Positions 16,094-19,907 of a stretch of 19,907 bases of DNA are shown here, piece after piece. The notes beneath the pieces were generated by a model. It was not told the DNA's origin. It worked only from the letters and a program-made list of their open reading frames with translations, and did not search any database. The DNA is from Candidatus Methylomirabilia bacterium. GTDB taxonomy: Bacteria; Methylomirabilota; Methylomirabilia; Rokubacteriales; CSP1-6. Positions within the stretch are counted from its first letter, which is position 1; each line of letters opens with the position of its first letter. The position numbers and the translations under genes were made by a program. The DNA lies in contig JBGPXN010000082.1 in assembly GCA_041492755.1 (NCBI GenBank), forward strand, positions 1-19,907. The letters run 5' to 3'.

Positions 16094-16860
16094 CGTCCCG
16101 CCCCGGCCGGCGCGGCGCTCGACGTCGCGCCGCCGTAGATGCGCTCCAGCGTAGCCTCGGTCAGCCCGTCGACCGGGCCGTCGTACACGACGGACCCGGC
16201 GTTGAGCCCGATGATCCGGCGGGCGAACGCGCGCGCGAGCGGCACGTCGTGGATGTTCACCAGCGCCGGGATCCCGTCCTCGGCGGCCAGCTCCACGATC
16301 AGTCGCATGACCGCCTCCGAGGTCCGCGGGTCCAGACTGGACGTCGGCTCGTCCACGAGCAGGATCTTCGGGCGTTGCACGAGCGCGCGCGCGATCCCCA
16401 CGCGCTGCCGCTGGCCGCCCGACAGCTCGTCCGCGCGCTTGTTCTCGAAGCCGTCCAGGCCGACCCGCGCGAGCGTGCGGAACGCCGCCTGGACGTCCGC
16501 CGCGGGGAAGCGACGCCGCCAGGCTTTCCACATCGTGACGTAGCCGAGGCGTCCGGACAGCACGTTTTCCATCACGCTGAGCCGCTCGACGAGGTTGAAC
16601 TCCTGAAAGATCATCGCCATGTCGCGACGGGCCGCGCGCAGATCGGCGCCGGCGAGCGCGGTGATCTCTCGCCCGTCGAGGCGGACCGACCCGCCGTCGG
16701 GCTCCACCAGGCGGTTGATGCAGCGGAGCAGCGTGCTCTTGCCGGCGCCGGAGGGGCCGATCACGAACACGGCGTCGTGTCCGTCGATGGTCAGCGAGAC
16801 GCCGCGGAGGGCGTGATCGCCCGTCGGGTAGGTCTTCTCGAGCTTGCCGACCTCGAGCAC
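16090..16860 (-). CDS. phnC: Phosphonate-type ABC transporter ATP-binding protein
   Basis: [50 protein letters not shown] and DEPTSSLDP motifs. Confidence 0.93.
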   Translation of the reverse strand: MLEVGKLEKTYPTGDHALRGVSLTIDGHDAVFVIGPSGAGKSTLLRCINRLVEPDGGSVRLDGREITALAGADLRAARRDMAMIFQEFNLVERLSVMENVLSGRLGYVTMWKAWRRRFPAADVQAAFRTLARVGLDGFENKRADELSGGQRQRVGIARALVQRPKILLVDEPTSSLDPRTSEAVMRLIVELAAEDGIPALVNIHDVPLARAFARRIIGLNAGSVVYDGPVDGLTEATLERIYGGATSSAAPAGAGR

Positions 16861-16881
16861 CGCGGCGCCGGCGGCCGCCGG

Positions 16882-17892
16882 TCAGTCGCTCGTCGGCTTC
16901 TGGAGCCTCTTGTACTCCGGCGATTCCTTGCTGAAGGTCACGCCGTTGGCTTCCAGGATGCCGAGCACCGACTCCCAGTCCTTCTGGTAATTCACGGGCA
17001 GGAATCCCGTCCGCCCCTTGAACTCCTTGCCCACGCTGGTGCCCTCGAACTTGAAGCTCGTGAACGCTTCCTTGATCTTCTCCACCAGCCGCGGCTCGAG
17101 GGTGTGCGCGTAGGCGAAGCCGGCGGTCGGGAACACGGGCGACGTGTAGATCACCTTGAAGTCCCCGGCCTTGATGACGCCGCGGCTGACCATCCGCTCC
17201 ACCACGGTGTCCGCCACCGCCGCCGCATCGTAGTCCCCGTTGACGACCCCGAACGCGCTCGTGTCGTGCTTGCCGGAGAAGACGACCTGGTAGTCCTTGC
17301 CGGGCACGACGCCCATGCGCGAGAAGAAATACACGGGGGCCTGGTGTCCCGAGCTCGACGTCTGGGACACGTGGGCAACCCGCTTGCCCTTGAGATCGGC
17401 GACGCCGGTGATCTTGTCGTTCTTGGCTTGCGTGATCACCACCAGGTGGTAACCGGACGGGCCCTTGGCGTCCCGCATGATCGCGAACGGCACGGCGCCG
17501 GCCAGGTTCACCGCATACACGAGGCTGCCGGTGGAGTACCCGGAGATGTGCAGGCGCCCCGAGCGCATCGCCTCGATCTGCGCCGCGTAGTTCTGGAGCC
17601 CGAAGTACTTCGTCTTCCGCCCGGTGACCTTCTCGAGGTGGCGCAGGAAGTCGCTCCAGGCGCCCTCGTACACGGCAGGATCCTCCACCGGCGCGTAGGT
17701 GAAGACGAGCGGCTCCGGGTTGGCGAGCTTCTTCGGATCCTTCGGCGGATCCGCGATGAGATCGCGGTTCTCGTCGCAGTAGAGCGCATCGAGCTTGCCA
17801 CGATGGGCGCAGGGGTCGGCCGCGGCCGCCACCGCGACGCTGGCGAGGAGCAGCACGAGCACAGAAAGCGACACGCGAGAACGACGACTCAT
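16882..17892 (-). CDS. phnD: Phosphate/phosphite/phosphonate ABC substrate-binding protein
   Basis: NYAAQIEAMRSG, TSSSGHQAP, FSGKHD and GDYDAAAV motifs; signal peptide; GAGGAG RBS. Confidence 0.9.
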   Translation of the reverse strand: MSRRSRVSLSVLVLLLASVAVAAAADPCAHRGKLDALYCDENRDLIADPPKDPKKLANPEPLVFTYAPVEDPAVYEGAWSDFLRHLEKVTGRKTKYFGLQNYAAQIEAMRSGRLHISGYSTGSLVYAVNLAGAVPFAIMRDAKGPSGYHLVVITQAKNDKITGVADLKGKRVAHVSQTSSSGHQAPVYFFSRMGVVPGKDYQVVFSGKHDTSAFGVVNGDYDAAAVADTVVERMVSRGVIKAGDFKVIYTSPVFPTAGFAYAHTLEPRLVEKIKEAFTSFKFEGTSVGKEFKGRTGFLPVNYQKDWESVLGILEANGVTFSKESPEYKRLQKPTSD

Positions 17893-17910
17893 GGGCTCTC
17901 CTCACCGCCC

Positions 17911-17939
17911 ACTCTAGACAGCGGTGGCGACGGCATCAA
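17911..17939 (-). promoter_or_regulatory. Putative sigma70 promoter TTGATG-N17-TAGAGT for phnD
   Basis: 17-nt spacing; the palindrome ATGCTCGAGCAT (17942-17953) lies immediately upstream. Confidence 0.5.
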
Positions 17940-17987
17940 GCATGCTCGAGCATCTTCACGAACACAGCCGCCGCCCGCACCGAGGGT

Positions 17988-18133
17988 ATTCACCGCTCGG
18001 GCGTCCATCACCCCGTCATGTCGGCTGCGATTCGAACGGGGGATTGGCGCGCGCTGTTCGCCTGCCCAGGCGAACGGGTGGCTGACGCGGGTCGCTCGAT
18101 TGCCGATCAGTGGGGTGACAGGGCGTGGTGGAT
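17988..18133 (+). ncRNA. Candidate rod-shaped structured RNA or degenerate palindromic element, family unassigned
   Basis: Seven nested helices around a GCCC loop at 18064-18067, with many G-U pairs on the plus strand. Confidence 0.4.
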
Positions 18134-18139
18134 TCATGG

Positions 18140-18568
18140 TGGCCCCGAGACCGGCGGGGGGGCGCCCGAAGACATCCTGGTAGACGAGCGCCGTGAGGGG
18201 TTGACGCCGCCGCTCCGGCCGCTCGGCCGGCACGCCGACCGGCATCACACCGACCAGATCCCACGTCCGCGGACAATCGATCAGGACCTTCACCTTCTCC
18301 TCGATCCAGTGGGTGACGATGTCCTTGGACTCGCGGGTGAGCCGGAACAGCTCGCGCTTGAGCGCGGGATCGTCGAGCACGACGAATCGCACCGGCTCGC
18401 TCTCGGCCGGCGTCCACCCCAGCGCCCCGCCTCCAGCACCTGCCGCCGGACGTCGGCCGCCACCGCGCGCCGCGTGAGCACGCCGGCGCGGACGTCCGGG
18501 GCCGGCGTCACCGAGCGCCGCGCGATCGCCTCGAGGTCGACCGCGCTGGTCGCGACGATCCTTCGCAT
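18140..18568 (-). pseudogene. Nitroreductase-family gene, frameshifted and internally deleted (3' boundary approximate)
   Basis: LTRRAV...VLEAGRW in one frame, then PVRFVVLDD...IEEKVKVLIDCP...MPVGVPAERPERRRQPL...FG in another frame after ~18417. Confidence 0.7.
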
Positions 18569-18574
18569 TCTAGT

Positions 18575-19678
18575 TCAGAACGTCACCACGCTCCGGGCGA
18601 CCTCGCCCCGTTCGAGCGCGGCGTAGGCTTCGTTGATCTCCTCGATCTTCCACGATCGCGTCAGCAGCTCGTCGACCTTGAGCCGGCCCGCCCGGTAGAG
18701 GTCGATGAGCCGGAGCAGGTCGATCCGCGGCCGACTCGAGCCGTAGATCGAGCCGGTGAGCGTCCGCTCCTCGAACACCATCGAGGCCGCGGGGATGGGC
18801 ACCTCGGCGGTGGTCGGCGACATGCCCACCACCACCGCGGTGCCGCGCTTGGCGAGGCAGTCGTAGGCCGCGCGGATCGTCGCGGGAGTGCCGATCACCT
18901 CGAACGCATAGTCGACCCCGCGGCCACCGGTGATGGCCCGCACCTGCGCGACCGGATCGCCCGCCGTGGCGTCCACCCCGTGCGTCGCGCCGAACCGCCG
19001 CGCGTACTCGAGCTTGGCCGGCAACACGTCGACGGCGATGATCTTCTCGGCGCCCGCGAGCGCGCCGCCCTGCACGCAGTTCAGCCCGACGCCGCCGGTG
19101 CCGAAGACGGCCATGGTGTTGCCCGGCCGCACCTTCGCGCAGTTGATGACGGCGCCCACCCCGGTGATGACGGCACAGCCGAGCAACGCCGCGCGGTCGA
19201 GCGGGACGTCGGCCGGAATGGCGAGCAGCGAGCGCTCGGGGACGACGCTGTACTCGGCGAACGTCGACACGCCCGCGAAGTGACGGATCTCCTGGCCGTC
19301 GAGCGAGAAGCGGCTGGTGCCGTCACGGAGCCGCCCGGTCGATCGGATCTCCGTGCCCTCCGGGCAGAGCGCGGGCCGGCCGTCGCTGCAGTACTCGCAG
19401 AACCCGCACGACGAGCGCCAGAGCGAGATGACGTGATCGCCCGGTTTGACCGACGTCACGCCCGCGCCAACCTCCGCTACCACGCCGGCGCCCTCGTGAC
19501 CGAGAATCGCGGGCAGGCGCGCCGGGATCTGGCCCGTGGTGACGTGCAGGTCGCTGTGGCAGACGCCGCCGGCCGCCATGTGGACCAGCACCTCGCCGGC
19601 CTGCGGCGGCTGCACCTCCACGTTCCGGACTTCGAACTTGCGCCCCACCTCGAACAGGATCGCGGCCCGCGCTTTCAT
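18575..19678 (-). CDS. Zn-dependent alcohol dehydrogenase (MDR, class III-like)
   Basis: GVCHSD, GHEGAG, structural Zn site CGFCEYCSDGRPALC, GCAVITG and GTGGVG; GGGGAG RBS before ATG 19678. Confidence 0.95.
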   Translation of the reverse strand: MKARAAILFEVGRKFEVRNVEVQPPQAGEVLVHMAAGGVCHSDLHVTTGQIPARLPAILGHEGAGVVAEVGAGVTSVKPGDHVISLWRSSCGFCEYCSDGRPALCPEGTEIRSTGRLRDGTSRFSLDGQEIRHFAGVSTFAEYSVVPERSLLAIPADVPLDRAALLGCAVITGVGAVINCAKVRPGNTMAVFGTGGVGLNCVQGGALAGAEKIIAVDVLPAKLEYARRFGATHGVDATAGDPVAQVRAITGGRGVDYAFEVIGTPATIRAAYDCLAKRGTAVVVGMSPTTAEVPIPAASMVFEERTLTGSIYGSSRPRIDLLRLIDLYRAGRLKVDELLTRSWKIEEINEAYAALERGEVARSVVTF

Positions 19679-19799
19679 CGTGTCGTCTCCCCGTTCACGA
19701 GAATCTGCTTCAGCGTAAGAAACGCATCCCCCGACGCCGCGTGGACGAAGTCGCAGGTGGCGAGGGCGAAGCCCAAAGCCACAAGTATCGGCACCAGAG

Positions 19800-19907
19800 C
19801 GATGAGAAGGGTCCAGATGCGAGGCGGCGAGGAGCGACGACCGAGACGTGGCCCGGCCACGTCGCAGGGAGGAGCGACGAGCCAACGAAGCAGATGGGCC
19901 CTTCTCA
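19800..19907. repeat. Palindromic MITE-like element, family A, copy 2 (truncated by window end)
   Basis: Shares a 33-nt identical run gacgtggcccggccacgtcgcagggaggagcga with copy 1; arms tgagaagggtcca / tgggcccttctca. Confidence 0.85.

Noticed and set aside
16868..16881. Perfect 14-bp palindrome ccggcggccgccgg after the phnD stop
   Set aside because: It is entirely G/C with no U-tract and could easily arise by chance at this GC content.
15400..18183. 927-aa plus-strand ORF and the other long antisense or alternate-frame ORFs
   Set aside because: These are shadow ORFs of well-supported genes in GC-rich DNA; they are Arg/Ala/Pro-rich with no recognisable motifs.
19675..19860. 61-aa ORF with a hydrophobic stretch ending in an ATGA overlap with the ADH
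   Set aside because: It starts inside the family A repeat and crosses hairpin sequence; there is no RBS or other support.

Overview
A very GC-rich bacterial window. Gene content and repeat style suggest Ca. Rokubacteria/Methylomirabilota, but this is inference only. On the minus strand at the left is a NitT/TauT (NMT1/THI5-like) ABC operon (ATPase, permease, binding protein) followed by a partial amidohydrolase. It diverges from a SAM methyltransferase, a ThDP enzyme and a Tat-exported solute-binding protein. Next come a small coiled-coil protein, an orphan family-5 binding protein, ppiD/surA, trmI and an internally deleted Fsr-like MFS mini-gene. The right part holds a VOC protein, an MFS, a phnD-phnC-phnE-phnE transporter, a decayed nitroreductase and a Zn alcohol dehydrogenase. 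No transposase, CRISPR array, rRNA or tRNA was seen. The most interesting signals are non-coding or very small: (1) a ~146-nt rod-like hairpin with strand-biased G-U pairs upstream of phnD; (2) two families of palindromic intergenic repeats, one with compensatory base changes; (3) a Cys-Cys leader ORF; (4) a 20-codon ORF bridging phnC and phnE; (5) compact divergent promoters that look leaderless.
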